Positions 31,076 to 39,919 of a stretch of 64,000 bases of DNA are shown here, piece by piece (positions within the stretch are counted from its first letter, which is position 1; each line of letters begins with the position of its first letter). The notes beneath the pieces are model-generated. The model did not search any database. It worked only from the letters and a program-made list of their open reading frames with translations, and was not told the DNA's origin. The translations under genes were made by a program, and so were the position numbers. The DNA comes from a virus (Duplodnaviria > Caudoviricetes): IMG/VR virus record IMGVR_UViG_3300044557_000107, positions 64,001 to 128,000 of that record; one strand, given 5' to 3'.

Positions 31076-31423
31076 CTATTCATAGTACTGGAAACTATCC
31101 TTTCCTAGTACAGTTTCGTCACTAAGAAATTCCGTAGTTTTATGCAATTTTTCGATATTCTCAAAGGCCTTTTTCATTACCGTAGCTTCGTGGGTACTGA
31201 TTGATAATAGCCCATCATCTTTCAAAACATAAGTAATATCTTGATCTGTATTTGCGAGTACTCGATAGCGGGACTTATTCTCCGTATCTACAACGTACAG
31301 TTGAATACAGTTACCACCTAGTGCATTATAAAGAGTAATAACATAGCACCAGTCGTTATTTTTACCTTCACGCTTGCTTAAAGTCTTTGCTTTGTTCCAT
31401 AAAGTATCAGTAGTAAAGTTCAA
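31076..31423 (-). CDS. Conserved hypothetical protein upstream of portal
   Basis: 115-aa ORF with RBS AAGAGGT. Confidence 0.6.
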   Translation of the reverse strand: MNFTTDTLWNKAKTLSKREGKNNDWCYVITLYNALGGNCIQLYVVDTENKSRYRVLANTDQDITYVLKDDGLLSISTHEATVMKKAFENIEKLHKTTEFLSDETVLGKDSFQYYE

Positions 31424-31488
31424 AATTCTACCTCTTTTGCTAAAATATTATTAGTTCTTACAATAATAATATAGTTTTCACTTAATTT

Positions 31489-33444
31489 TTAAAAAAGTAA
31501 CTTACTAATATCTTTAGTTTCAAAAGCTTCCCGCAAAGGTGTTTTGGTGGGAGTAACTGATGCTTCCGTATTGTTTGCATTAAGCACATCAAACTCAAAG
31601 GTTCCTCCAGCATCTAACTGGTTTTTAAGATAGTCTAATCCTAAAATGCAATATACCATTGATTGAACATAGTGGTCGGCGCCTTTTCTTGAGATAGATT
31701 CACGATACTCGCCGCTTTTATCTTCAACGTCTTGAATAATAACATTATCAAAATGCTTAATTAATTTATCTACTTCTTTTCCTGTAGGGAATCCTACTTT
31801 ACCTTGTTTAATTAAGCTTACCAGTCGTTTGTTTTGCACCAGTTTATCCACAACTACAATTCGTTTATTCTCATTAAATGATGGTTCAATTTGTTGACTA
31901 GCTGTAATAAGTCCACTTGTAGGAGACGTTGAGTACCTGCAACCAAAGACTCGATTACGACCGTAAACATCCATAAGGTCAATAATCTTGTTACCAGCGT
32001 CCCCCACATCGGCCACTACCATATCTGGATTATATTGATTGAAAAGTAATCGAATTGCTTGAATGTCACGATCCACTTGAGAACTATCTGTGGCTCCATT
32101 ATTAGCAACCTGTGTTAGATTTAATACATCCATTGCTCCGTTAGACTTGAGCCCCATTACAACAATTGAGTGTTTTTGATTACCCCAGTCAATTCCCATG
32201 GTACATAGAGAATAGTCTGTACTATCTTCTTTGGGGTCCTTGAAACGAGTATTTCGTTTAATATCTGCCGCAGTTACTTTGGTTTTAGCATCTTCGTAAG
32301 GAAACCCAAGGTCATAGTTATAGAAGGCTTGCTTACTCTTTGATTGAAGTTCGGCCATTTTAAGATCGTCAGCAGATACCCATACAGCATTCATTTGGCT
32401 AATAAAGTATCCTCGTGATTGGTAGCTTCGACTAGGGTACTTGCAAATCCAATGACCATTATACCAACGGTCTAAAGGACGTCCACATTTACTACATACA
32501 TATTGGTAAGAACCTGGAGTAATAATACCCGACATAAGGTCAATTCCATCTTTGTTGACGAGACGGATGTTACCGCCAGCCTGAATACTAGAAGGGTCAT
32601 AGTCCTCATAACTTAGAATGTTATCATAGCCGCAATGCGTACATTTATGAGCATAGTACCATTGATCTGTAAGCCCAAATTCGTAAGCAATTCCCCGCCC
32701 AGGAACCGATGGAGTACTCCATAAATTAAGTCGGTTAAACTTACTAGACTTTAAACTGTTTTGGGCACTACTATAAGCGGCTGGAGTTACTCGATCAAAT
32801 TCATCTAAAGAGAGATAGTCTACGGCAATAGATTCCAAACTCTTTGGAGAACTACTAGAAGCAAAGGTAATAAAGGAATTTCTAATCTTTTTTACTTGCT
32901 GGTTATCTGTATTCTTATCTTGTATCTGACCGTAGTACCCGTAGGCAAGTTCTGTATCTAGACGCATTTTAGTCCACTTTTGAAGTAAATTGTTTGTAGG
33001 AAAACTGTACAGACAGGCAACCCCATTATTATTATGTGTGTCTGCAAAATTGATCATTTTGGCCACCCCAACTTCGGTAAGTCCAAGTTGACGGCTCTTC
33101 TCAATTACTAGCTTATCCGACTGATCATCTAAAATCTGTTTTTGCCAGGGACGATGCATTAGTGCTCGGTTAGGGTCTCTATTGGGGACTGAAAGAACAA
33201 ACGGAGTTCCACCTTTAAGTGTATGGTGTCTTAACGTATAATTAGAAGGAGCAATAAAGTCTAGCGTATAAGCAAGCTGTTCTTCAGAAACACTTTTAAG
33301 AGGCTCATCTTCCGTAGCAAACATGAGATTCATAATTTCATGAATTTCTTTACCAGAGTATCCGTTATCGCCATAAAGAAGGCCGTTAACTGGATTAGGG
33401 GCTTCCCACATACCATCTTTTGTGTTACTTGTATTATTTTCCAT
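31489..33444 (-). CDS. terL: Terminase large subunit
   Basis: RPWQ Q-motif, KSRQLGLTE Walker A, LSLDEFD Walker B, STPS motif C, Zn-finger insert, GIDWG nuclease, ADHY. Confidence 0.93.
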   Translation of the reverse strand: MENNTSNTKDGMWEAPNPVNGLLYGDNGYSGKEIHEIMNLMFATEDEPLKSVSEEQLAYTLDFIAPSNYTLRHHTLKGGTPFVLSVPNRDPNRALMHRPWQKQILDDQSDKLVIEKSRQLGLTEVGVAKMINFADTHNNNGVACLYSFPTNNLLQKWTKMRLDTELAYGYYGQIQDKNTDNQQVKKIRNSFITFASSSSPKSLESIAVDYLSLDEFDRVTPAAYSSAQNSLKSSKFNRLNLWSTPSVPGRGIAYEFGLTDQWYYAHKCTHCGYDNILSYEDYDPSSIQAGGNIRLVNKDGIDLMSGIITPGSYQYVCSKCGRPLDRWYNGHWICKYPSRSYQSRGYFISQMNAVWVSADDLKMAELQSKSKQAFYNYDLGFPYEDAKTKVTAADIKRNTRFKDPKEDSTDYSLCTMGIDWGNQKHSIVVMGLKSNGAMDVLNLTQVANNGATDSSQVDRDIQAIRLLFNQYNPDMVVADVGDAGNKIIDLMDVYGRNRVFGCRYSTSPTSGLITASQQIEPSFNENKRIVVVDKLVQNKRLVSLIKQGKVGFPTGKEVDKLIKHFDNVIIQDVEDKSGEYRESISRKGADHYVQSMVYCILGLDYLKNQLDAGGTFEFDVLNANNTEASVTPTKTPLREAFETKDISKLLF

Positions 33445-33461
33445 AAATTATTTCAAACCCT

Positions 33462-33911
33462 CTATTCATTATAATCATCTAAGTTATCTTGGTTAATTGA
33501 TTCTCCCCGGTCTTTAAGGAGACTATTAACATCGTCTTTAGTTAGACTATCAATGTCTTCTACATTAATAACTTTTTCTTCGTGAATATTACCTTGAATA
33601 TCCGTAGTATTTTTACGATGTACTTTAACGTGCTTTTCTAGGGATAATTCTTGATTAACGGTTAATGCAGGTATTTTACCAGAAGACTCTTCGGAATTAA
33701 CTGATATTTCATTAATGTCTAAGAACATATTGTAAAGATCTTTATAATCTCGAACGGTATCCACTGTAAAGGTACCATCATCGACTTTTTTAAGAAAGCC
33801 TTCCATAAGCCGCATGGCCCCTTTATTAAAGTTCTGGGCTAGTTTCTTCTTAGCTTTCTTATTACTTTCTTGCTCTTCAGTAAGAGCTTTTATGTTACTA
33901 GCGACACCCAA
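33462..33911 (-). CDS. Putative terminase small subunit
   Basis: Immediately upstream of terL; helical, 149 aa. Confidence 0.55.
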   Translation of the reverse strand: MGVASNIKALTEEQESNKKAKKKLAQNFNKGAMRLMEGFLKKVDDGTFTVDTVRDYKDLYNMFLDINEISVNSEESSGKIPALTVNQELSLEKHVKVHRKNTTDIQGNIHEEKVINVEDIDSLTKDDVNSLLKDRGESINQDNLDDYNE

Positions 33912-33917
33912 AAGTTA

Positions 33918-34193
33918 TCATTCCTTTCTACTATGATTTTTGCAACTTCTAATATCCTTACAAATACATACAGGAATCCCCCATGTATTATTAAACTTAT
34001 AATGGGATATAATAGTTATAAATTTATCCGTGCGTATGTTATACTTAACTAATAAACGCCCACAAACAGCACAGTACCGGGTTTCTTTAGGGCGCTTATC
34101 ATTTTTATTAAATTGGTATCGATGTGTGTTCCGGTTAATAAAGAAAAGCAATTTACGTTTATTTTTTATGCTGTTTACTGACATTGTTCTCAA
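33918..34193 (-). CDS. Small Zn-binding hypothetical protein
   Basis: CAVC...C..DIRSC. Confidence 0.6.
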   Translation of the reverse strand: MRTMSVNSIKNKRKLLFFINRNTHRYQFNKNDKRPKETRYCAVCGRLLVKYNIRTDKFITIISHYKFNNTWGIPVCICKDIRSCKNHSRKE

Positions 34194-34527
34194 TCTTGCT
34201 TTCTCGGTCGTTATACGACTTAATTTCTTCTGCGGTCATATTCATTTTCTCAAACATAGTTTCCTTAAGAAGTTCTAAGCGGAGTTCCCACTGTAGAAGA
34301 CGAATACCTGTAATTTCAATAATGATTTGGTTTCGTCTATTTTTGTGGAAATCATATATTTGAAAGACTAATACGATAGTAATTACATTGGCTAGCACAT
34401 AAATGGATTGATACACCGGAGTTCTACTTATTTCTAACGATATAAACTGTGATATAAAATAAAAAGATACTACAACAAGTTCTACTAATCCTAGCTTATA
34501 TAAAGTGTCTTTATAACGTTTAAACAC
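34159..34527 (-). CDS. Membrane protein (2 TM)
   Basis: Two hydrophobic segments; late motif at 34573-34581. Confidence 0.6.
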   Translation of the reverse strand: MFKRYKDTLYKLGLVELVVVSFYFISQFISLEISRTPVYQSIYVLANVITIVLVFQIYDFHKNRRNQIIIEITGIRLLQWELRLELLKETMFEKMNMTAEEIKSYNDRESKIENNVSKQHKK

Positions 34528-34615
34528 ATATATTCAACTACCTTTATTTAATATTTTCGTCTAGTTTCAGTAATAATATAGGTTTTGCGAGGATAACTAC
34601 ATTATTATTGAAATA

Positions 34616-34945
34616 ATGATTAGGTGGTTTTGTGGTATGAATAAGGAGGACCTGCACGATAGCGCATCTAATGAAGTTTTGGAAGAAAGAATTAAAGAAC
34701 TGTTTCACCAGTTAAACGAGCAAAAGGAAAAGTCAAATAGACTAGAAGAACGTTTAAGAGATTTAGAAATGGTTCGGGGGGCTCAACAGGATTTAAAAGA
34801 AAGAATTCAAAGAACCTCAAGGATGCTTCAAGAGCTCAAAGAGCAAACAGAAAATGAACGTAAAACAAAATGGTATGATCTTAAACAAATAGGGCTAGTA
34901 GTTGTTGGTGCTATTTTAAGTTATGTCTTTAGTAAATTAAATTAG
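34616..34945 (+). CDS. Coiled-coil protein with C-terminal TM (XhlA/holin-like)
   Basis: Heptad coil then IGLVVVGAILSYVF; likely start ATG ~34637. Confidence 0.5.
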   Translation: MIRWFCGMNKEDLHDSASNEVLEERIKELFHQLNEQKEKSNRLEERLRDLEMVRGAQQDLKERIQRTSRMLQELKEQTENERKTKWYDLKQIGLVVVGAILSYVFSKLN

Positions 34946-34954
34946 AAAGTGTGA

Positions 34955-35347
34955 GTGTTTATGTATTTGTTACCCGCAAATGGAAAAGAGAAAGTTATTG
35001 AAGTAAATCTTAGTGATGGAACACAAGCATATGTTTATGGGAAATTATTAGGTAACCGTCTACAGGATCCACATGATATTGTTACAGGATCTAATAAAGG
35101 CTATGCTAATGGGTTCTATGTAAAGGCATTTAAAACGAATGCTCGTACAGGGGATCCTATTGAAATTAATACTATGCAGATTACGTCTTTTATAGTAACA
35201 TCAGTGGATCTTCCAAATAACATTGTCACTTATATTGCTACTATTCGCGATTATGATGCTAAAGTTTCTAAAGGAGAAACTCCTGAAGATACTGAGACAG
35301 CTTCTTATAATGAAGCAATTTCGTATATTAATACGTATTTTAACTAG
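34955..35347 (+). CDS. Hypothetical protein
   Basis: 130-aa ORF followed by terminator at ~35355-35384. Confidence 0.6.
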   Translation: MFMYLLPANGKEKVIEVNLSDGTQAYVYGKLLGNRLQDPHDIVTGSNKGYANGFYVKAFKTNARTGDPIEINTMQITSFIVTSVDLPNNIVTYIATIRDYDAKVSKGETPEDTETASYNEAISYINTYFN

Positions 35348-35437
35348 AAATACTAAAGGAGTTCCTAAAAAGGGGCTCTTTTTTAGTATAATTAAATAGC
35401 AACAGCTATATTATACATGTAAGGTGGTGAAAATGGC

Positions 35438-36271
35438 TTGAAAGGCGAAAATTTAGTAAATAAAGCAATTAAAAAGGTCTATGATGACCACGAAAACGAT
35501 ACAGACTTACAGTTAATTAAGCTACCGTTTTTAGAGGGGCTTTCAGGGCATCAAGGATTAAATTATGCCTATGTAAAGAATCATAATAAAGAAATTACAA
35601 ACAGAAATAAGCTATCTATTGAGTTTTTAGGATTTAAGTCTTTTGAAGATATGTATTTACTAGCAGTAAGCAATGAAAACGAATCGCATAAAGGGACTCC
35701 AGTAACTATTCCATATTTTAAAAGTACCTTAGACTTAGTAGTTCCCGAAGAAACATATAAAGCAACTATGGGGAATAGCATGAGTGTCCAGGAAAAGGAC
35801 CACAGCAAAACACATTCCGATGATGAATCCTTAATTCCTACGGAGGTCTCTGATAGTATCAGCTTAGAATTTACAGGAGAGTCTGAAAATCGTTTAGTTA
35901 CTCTTCCTAACTACCAAGATTCTAAATGGAACACCCAAGGAATGATAAGCAAGGCTAAGGGTACCCAATATTTAGTTTACTATAGAAATAGTGTTCCTTG
36001 TGGAATAGTTTCTCTAGTTAATCAGGACGCAGATTATATTGTAAGTGGCTGGAGTACCAAAGATAACTTAGAAATACGGATCATCAGTGACTTAGTAGTA
36101 AAAGCTATCAAAAATCAATTTAAAGTTATTTTAAACGCCAAACTATTTTCTGATAAGGTGCCACCATTCTTAATAGGAATGGGGTATACGAAACAGAGTG
36201 ATGATATTTATGTGTATTCCGGTGAGAACTTTCCAGAGTACTTAAAGGTGGTAATAGATAATGTATTTTAG
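35438..36271 (+). CDS. Hypothetical protein
   Basis: 277-aa ORF, RBS AAGGTGGTG, late motif at 35406-35414. Confidence 0.65.
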   Translation: MKGENLVNKAIKKVYDDHENDTDLQLIKLPFLEGLSGHQGLNYAYVKNHNKEITNRNKLSIEFLGFKSFEDMYLLAVSNENESHKGTPVTIPYFKSTLDLVVPEETYKATMGNSMSVQEKDHSKTHSDDESLIPTEVSDSISLEFTGESENRLVTLPNYQDSKWNTQGMISKAKGTQYLVYYRNSVPCGIVSLVNQDADYIVSGWSTKDNLEIRIISDLVVKAIKNQFKVILNAKLFSDKVPPFLIGMGYTKQSDDIYVYSGENFPEYLKVVIDNVF

Positions 36272-36422
36272 CTTTATGATGATAATGATAGGAATACTAA
36301 TTTTAGCCACGATTGCTATAGCAACGCTAATGACCAGTTGGTACTGGGAAGCTAAAATGAAAGAATACAAGAAAAAGGTCCACAAATTAGCCTACACAAT
36401 TACAAAGGAAAGACAGGTATAA
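36261..36422 (+). CDS. Small membrane protein (53 aa)
   Basis: RBS AAGGTGG; MYFSFMMIMIGILILATIAIATLMTSWYWEAKMKEYKKK...; below ORF-track cutoff. Confidence 0.6.
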   Translation: MYFSFMMIMIGILILATIAIATLMTSWYWEAKMKEYKKKVHKLAYTITKERQV

Positions 36423-36427
36423 TAAAA

Positions 36428-36961
36428 GTGAAATTAGAAGATATTAGGATTGACGCGTATTTAGCAAAGTATGGAGAAACGATGCCATCTATTGGGCATA
36501 TTATAAAATCAAAGCCACGTAAACGGGAAGTAAAGCTACTTTCACACTTACTTTTAAATAATATGAAGAATCTCCTTCGGGAATATAATTTTCAATATAC
36601 AGGCGTCCCGTCACAAATGGGATACGCAGTCACTTTTGTCTGTGGAAAGCCTTGCTATGATGACGGAGAAGAAGCCTCTATTCTAAGTATGAGTAAGTTT
36701 GCTAAAGGATTTGGTATTAAAGAAGAGGATCTTGGAAAAGAACTAGAAAAAGAAATTAAGCAAGGTGGTTTGAAGTTGGGGGATACTGTGTTAGTATCTA
36801 CTATGGTAGGACCTTTTGAAATGGACCCGAGTGGAACTCAAGGACAGACAGTTGTTCGAGTTTTCGTTCAAGACAAATCCGAGTACCTAGAACAACAGGA
36901 AAAACAACAAAGGATCCAGCAAGCAGTAGACGCGGCTAAGAACACAGAAAGTGGGGAATAA
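36428..36961 (+). CDS. Hypothetical protein
   Basis: 177-aa ORF. Confidence 0.6.
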   Translation: MKLEDIRIDAYLAKYGETMPSIGHIIKSKPRKREVKLLSHLLLNNMKNLLREYNFQYTGVPSQMGYAVTFVCGKPCYDDGEEASILSMSKFAKGFGIKEEDLGKELEKEIKQGGLKLGDTVLVSTMVGPFEMDPSGTQGQTVVRVFVQDKSEYLEQQEKQQRIQQAVDAAKNTESGE

Positions 36962-36964
36962 ATA

Positions 36965-37471
36965 GTGGCTCAAGAAACTTTAGATAATGCTAATAAATAT
37001 GAAATGCAACATCTAGCATACATCAATGTGCTTTCAGACCTACATCGAAGCTATCAGAATCATAAGGATGAAGAAGTTACTTTTAAGAACAGTGACGGGG
37101 AAGTCACGGGTAAAGTTCCTAAGGAGATTAAGCTAGTCTATCCCTTTAAGGAAAGCTTAGTTAATAGTTTAAGTGGCGAATACGATAGTCAGACAGCGTA
37201 CTATAGTTCTTCTTTGATTACGATCTTTCGGATGCTTTCTGATGAACTTCCATGGTTATCTTTTAGTCTAAATAGTGTTAAAGAAAAGGTCTATGATACT
37301 AAAGCAGAAGCTACCGAAACTAGTCGGGAAGTTGAAGAAAATGGAGATACCGTAGTGTCTTACTCTAAGCCATTTCGAGAGATCCCAACAATTAACTTAG
37401 AAGCTCGGTTTAACAACAGTAGTTATGACGAGCAAGCTATCAAGCGAGTTCTGAAAGACTTCAAAGAATAA
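36965..37471 (+). CDS. Hypothetical protein
   Basis: 168-aa ORF, RBS GGGG. Confidence 0.6.
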   Translation: MAQETLDNANKYEMQHLAYINVLSDLHRSYQNHKDEEVTFKNSDGEVTGKVPKEIKLVYPFKESLVNSLSGEYDSQTAYYSSSLITIFRMLSDELPWLSFSLNSVKEKVYDTKAEATETSREVEENGDTVVSYSKPFREIPTINLEARFNNSSYDEQAIKRVLKDFKE

Positions 37472-37474
37472 TAT

Positions 37475-37513
37475 TGTAACACTACTGTAATACTTCTGTT
37501 AAGGTTATGTCAT
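37475..37513 (+). promoter_or_regulatory. WalR-like direct-repeat operator abutting the promoter of the LysM gene
   Basis: TGTAAC, TGTAAT, TGTTAA, TGTCAT at exact 11-bp spacing; matches TGTWAH-N5-TGTWAH. Confidence 0.6.
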
Positions 37514-37643
37514 AATCATGTGGTATATTATATTCGTAAAGTAAATTAACAGTTTGCCTTACGAATATAAACTAGGAAGGGCTTCTTCGGTGTAGGAACC
37601 TTACGTAATGTAAAGCAATTATCGGCTAAGAAGCACATTATTT

Positions 37644-38333
37644 ATGACTATTAAGAAAAATCTTGGAGTTACTTTGATGACCTTTGGTGCAACTTTAGCA
37701 CTAGGACTGGGAGTTAGCTCACAAGTACACGCAGATACTCAAGTGAATGCAAATACGATTAAAGTTACTCAGGGTGATACACTAGGTGCTATTGCTAAAG
37801 AACATGATACGACTGTAGCGTCTTTAGCTAACGCTAATGGACTAGCTAACGAGAATTTGATTTATGTAGGAGACCAATTAACACTGCCAACTACGGGGAC
37901 TTATCAAGTAACTGCTAGTGTCCCACATAAGAATGCTACAAATAGTACCTATAAAATGCCTACTTCAGGTAATGCAAGTAACAGTGTAAGCACATCAAAT
38001 AGTTCAAGCAATACCACAGAAACTACAGCAGGCAGTCAAACATCAAGTACATCTAGTTCCGTAGCTACGCCTACAAGTACTACAACAGCATCAACTAGCA
38101 CTGTAAGTGCTGAACAAAGTGCTAAGGATTGGATTGCACAGAAGGAATCTGGAGGTTCTTATACAGCAAGCAATCCATCAGGAGCTTATGGAAAGTACCA
38201 GCTAATGAGCTATAACTTAAAGTGGGGTACTTCGATAGACGCCCAAGAACGTGCCGCCTCGGCGTATATTCATAGTCGATATGGTACATGGACGAATGCT
38301 AAAGCGTTCTGGATGCAACACGGGTGGTACTAA
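37644..38333 (+). CDS. Secreted LysM + lysozyme-like protein (Apf, aggregation-promoting-factor type)
   Basis: Signal peptide ending VHA-D; LysM GDTLGAIA...NLIYVGDQL; Ser/Thr linker; AKDWIAQKESGGSY...YGKYQL...WMQHGWY. Confidence 0.88.
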   Translation: MTIKKNLGVTLMTFGATLALGLGVSSQVHADTQVNANTIKVTQGDTLGAIAKEHDTTVASLANANGLANENLIYVGDQLTLPTTGTYQVTASVPHKNATNSTYKMPTSGNASNSVSTSNSSSNTTETTAGSQTSSTSSSVATPTSTTTASTSTVSAEQSAKDWIAQKESGGSYTASNPSGAYGKYQLMSYNLKWGTSIDAQERAASAYIHSRYGTWTNAKAFWMQHGWY

Positions 38334-38509
38334 TATATAACAGTTAGATAAAATTAGAGCCGTGTAGGTGGCACCTACAAAATGAATAAGGGAAGTCTGG
38401 TAGCTCTTTAAAACACTTCCAAGTGGTTATCCTCTGTGATTGGTGCTTATAAGCATTAAATGATAAGATATTTAGGGGACTTAGCACGGGTCTTCGCCCC
38501 ACACAAAAC

Positions 38510-38580
38510 GCCTCTATAGTTCAATGGTAGAACACTAGTCTTGTAAACTAGGAATAGAAGTTCAATTCTTCTTAGAGGCA
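38510..38580 (+). tRNA. tRNA-Thr(UGU)
   Basis: GCCTCTA/TAGAGGC acceptor, CTAGT-CT TGT AA-ACTAG anticodon arm, AGAAG-TTCAATT-CTTCT T arm. Confidence 0.88.
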
Positions 38581-38625
38581 TTATAGTATATAGTTTGTAG
38601 TGATAGATAGGGGGGTGGAATCGCG

Positions 38626-38727
38626 TTGGACAGTATATCTGATGTAGCTTTAATTGCTTTGGTAGGGTTTCTAATTTACACAACTCATGTGTGGGCGTGG
38701 GCGTGGCTCCTAATATTTGTTCTTTAA
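38626..38727 (+). CDS. Small membrane peptide (33 aa)
   Basis: RBS GGGGGTGG + TTG; MDSISDVALIALVGFLIYTTHVWAWAWLLIFVL. Confidence 0.6.
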   Translation: MDSISDVALIALVGFLIYTTHVWAWAWLLIFVL

Positions 38728-38746
38728 ATAGAGAGTAGGTGGTATA

Positions 38747-38872
38747 TTGGATAGAAACACGGCAGTCACCATATGGAACATCGGAGTCTTATGTTTCTCA
38801 GGATTCCTTGTACGGACCACTAATAACCCATGGTGGGCGCTGATAGGATTACTAGCGTGTGCGCCATCATAA
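38747..38872 (+). CDS. Small membrane peptide (41 aa), paralog of preceding
   Basis: RBS AGGTGG + TTG; MDRNTAVTIWNIGVLCFSGFLVRTTNNPWWALIGLLACAPS. Confidence 0.6.
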   Translation: MDRNTAVTIWNIGVLCFSGFLVRTTNNPWWALIGLLACAPS

Positions 38873-38890
38873 AATTATTCAAAATAAACG

Positions 38891-39104
38891 TTGACATTCT
38901 GTTTAACTACTAGTATACTAAGAACCATAAAGAACTTAGGTAACCATAGATGCGAAAACCAAGTATCTTAATAAGTTACTTAAGGATCTTTAAGTAAACT
39001 GGGCTGGGACAGCCCTTAGTAAATAGCTGTAACCTATAGATACTTTAGAGTATCCAAGTACGCAGTGTTCCTAGAAGCTCGTCACTTTAGTAACGAGCAG
39101 TTCA
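38891..39104 (+). ncRNA. Stand-alone omegaRNA cassette A (promoter + scaffold; guide from ~39105 CTGCCCACCAGTACCTCC)
   Basis: TTGACA-17-TATACT promoter; 39000-39104 is homologous to the tnpB-1 omegaRNA with compensatory changes and ends AGTTCA. Confidence 0.8.
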
Positions 39105-39273
39105 CTGCCCACCAGTACCTCCTGTCAAGGGTTATTGAAAACTGGTGTAAAACTAATATGTCGCGTCCAGTAATATGACTGGGGTGGGATGACTAAGGGT
39201 TGACACCTAACAAGACTGTCCGTTATCCTACATATTAGCAGGTAACCTTTGAGAGGCTTTGGGTTACCACAAT

Positions 39274-39361
39274 GGATAGGTACTCAAGTGGTTAAGAGGG
39301 TTGCTTGCTAAGCAATTAGGTCGTATAATGCGACGCGTGGGTTCGAATCCCACTCTATCCT
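39274..39361 (+). tRNA. tRNA-Ser(GCU)
   Basis: GGATAGG/TCTATCC acceptor, GTTGC-TT GCT AA-GCAAT, long variable arm, GTGGG-TTCGAAT-CCCAC. Confidence 0.9.
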
Positions 39362-39392
39362 TTAAAATTATTAATAGGGAGGTGAATTGTAC

Positions 39393-39503
39393 ATGTACAT
39401 GGAAGATGATAATATTAAGATAGATCATAGTATTTTAGATACGGAATCGTGGTTAACCGATGAGGATATTTACAATATGTTCTTTGAGGAATCTATAAAT
39501 TAA
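39393..39503 (+). CDS. Small acidic peptide (36 aa)
   Basis: RBS GGGAGGTG; MYMEDDNIKIDHSILDTESWLTDEDIYNMFFEESIN. Confidence 0.6.
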   Translation: MYMEDDNIKIDHSILDTESWLTDEDIYNMFFEESIN

Positions 39504-39527
39504 ATTTAAGAAAACATGTTACTTTAG

Positions 39528-39740
39528 TTGACATTCTGTTAACTAGGGGTATACTAAAAACTATAAAGAACTTAGGTAACCATAGATGCGAAAACCAAGT
39601 ATCTTAATAAGTTACTTAAGGATCTTTAAGTAAACTGGGCTGGGACAGCCCTTAGTAAATAGCTGTAACCTCTATGTGCTTTAGGGTACTCAAGCATGCA
39701 GTGTTCCTAGAAGCCCGTTACTTTAGTAATGAGTAGTTCA
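39528..39740 (+). ncRNA. Stand-alone omegaRNA cassette B (promoter + scaffold; guide from ~39741 CGGAGGACATATAGTTTG)
   Basis: Near-duplicate of cassette A from GTTGACA to AGTTCAC, then sequences diverge completely. Confidence 0.8.
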
Positions 39741-39755
39741 CGGAGGACATATAGT

Positions 39756-39911
39756 TTGAAATTAGATACGGATAAATTATGCCAGGCTATTGAAGATCTG
39801 GGATATACACCAGAGTTAAACTATAGTAATCCCGGAATAGAAGTTGATGGGAAGCATATAGACTGGGAAGATATTGGAACAGTATTAGATGTAACTTCAA
39901 AAGTAGTATAA
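39756..39911 (+). CDS. Small acidic hypothetical protein (51 aa)
   Basis: RBS GGAGG then TTG; MKLDTDKLCQAIEDLGYTPE...; ORF-track start 39729 lies inside the omegaRNA. Confidence 0.55.
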   Translation: MKLDTDKLCQAIEDLGYTPELNYSNPGIEVDGKHIDWEDIGTVLDVTSKVV

Positions 39912-39919
39912 AACCAGCT

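Noticed and set aside
31489-33444. Group I intron or intein in terminase, common in this phage family
   Set aside because: ORF is continuous, of normal length, with no intein motifs seen.
38360-38505. tmRNA or riboswitch after the LysM gene (GGGGAC...CCCCA, several hairpins)
   Set aside because: Too short, with no T arm or tag ORF; hairpins are present but not assignable.
38456-38683. 75-aa minus-strand ORF
   Set aside because: Antisense to tRNA-Thr and to a better-supported plus-strand peptide.
39729-39755. ORF-track start at 39729
   Set aside because: Lies within the omegaRNA terminal hairpin; RBS GGAGG supports TTG at 39756.
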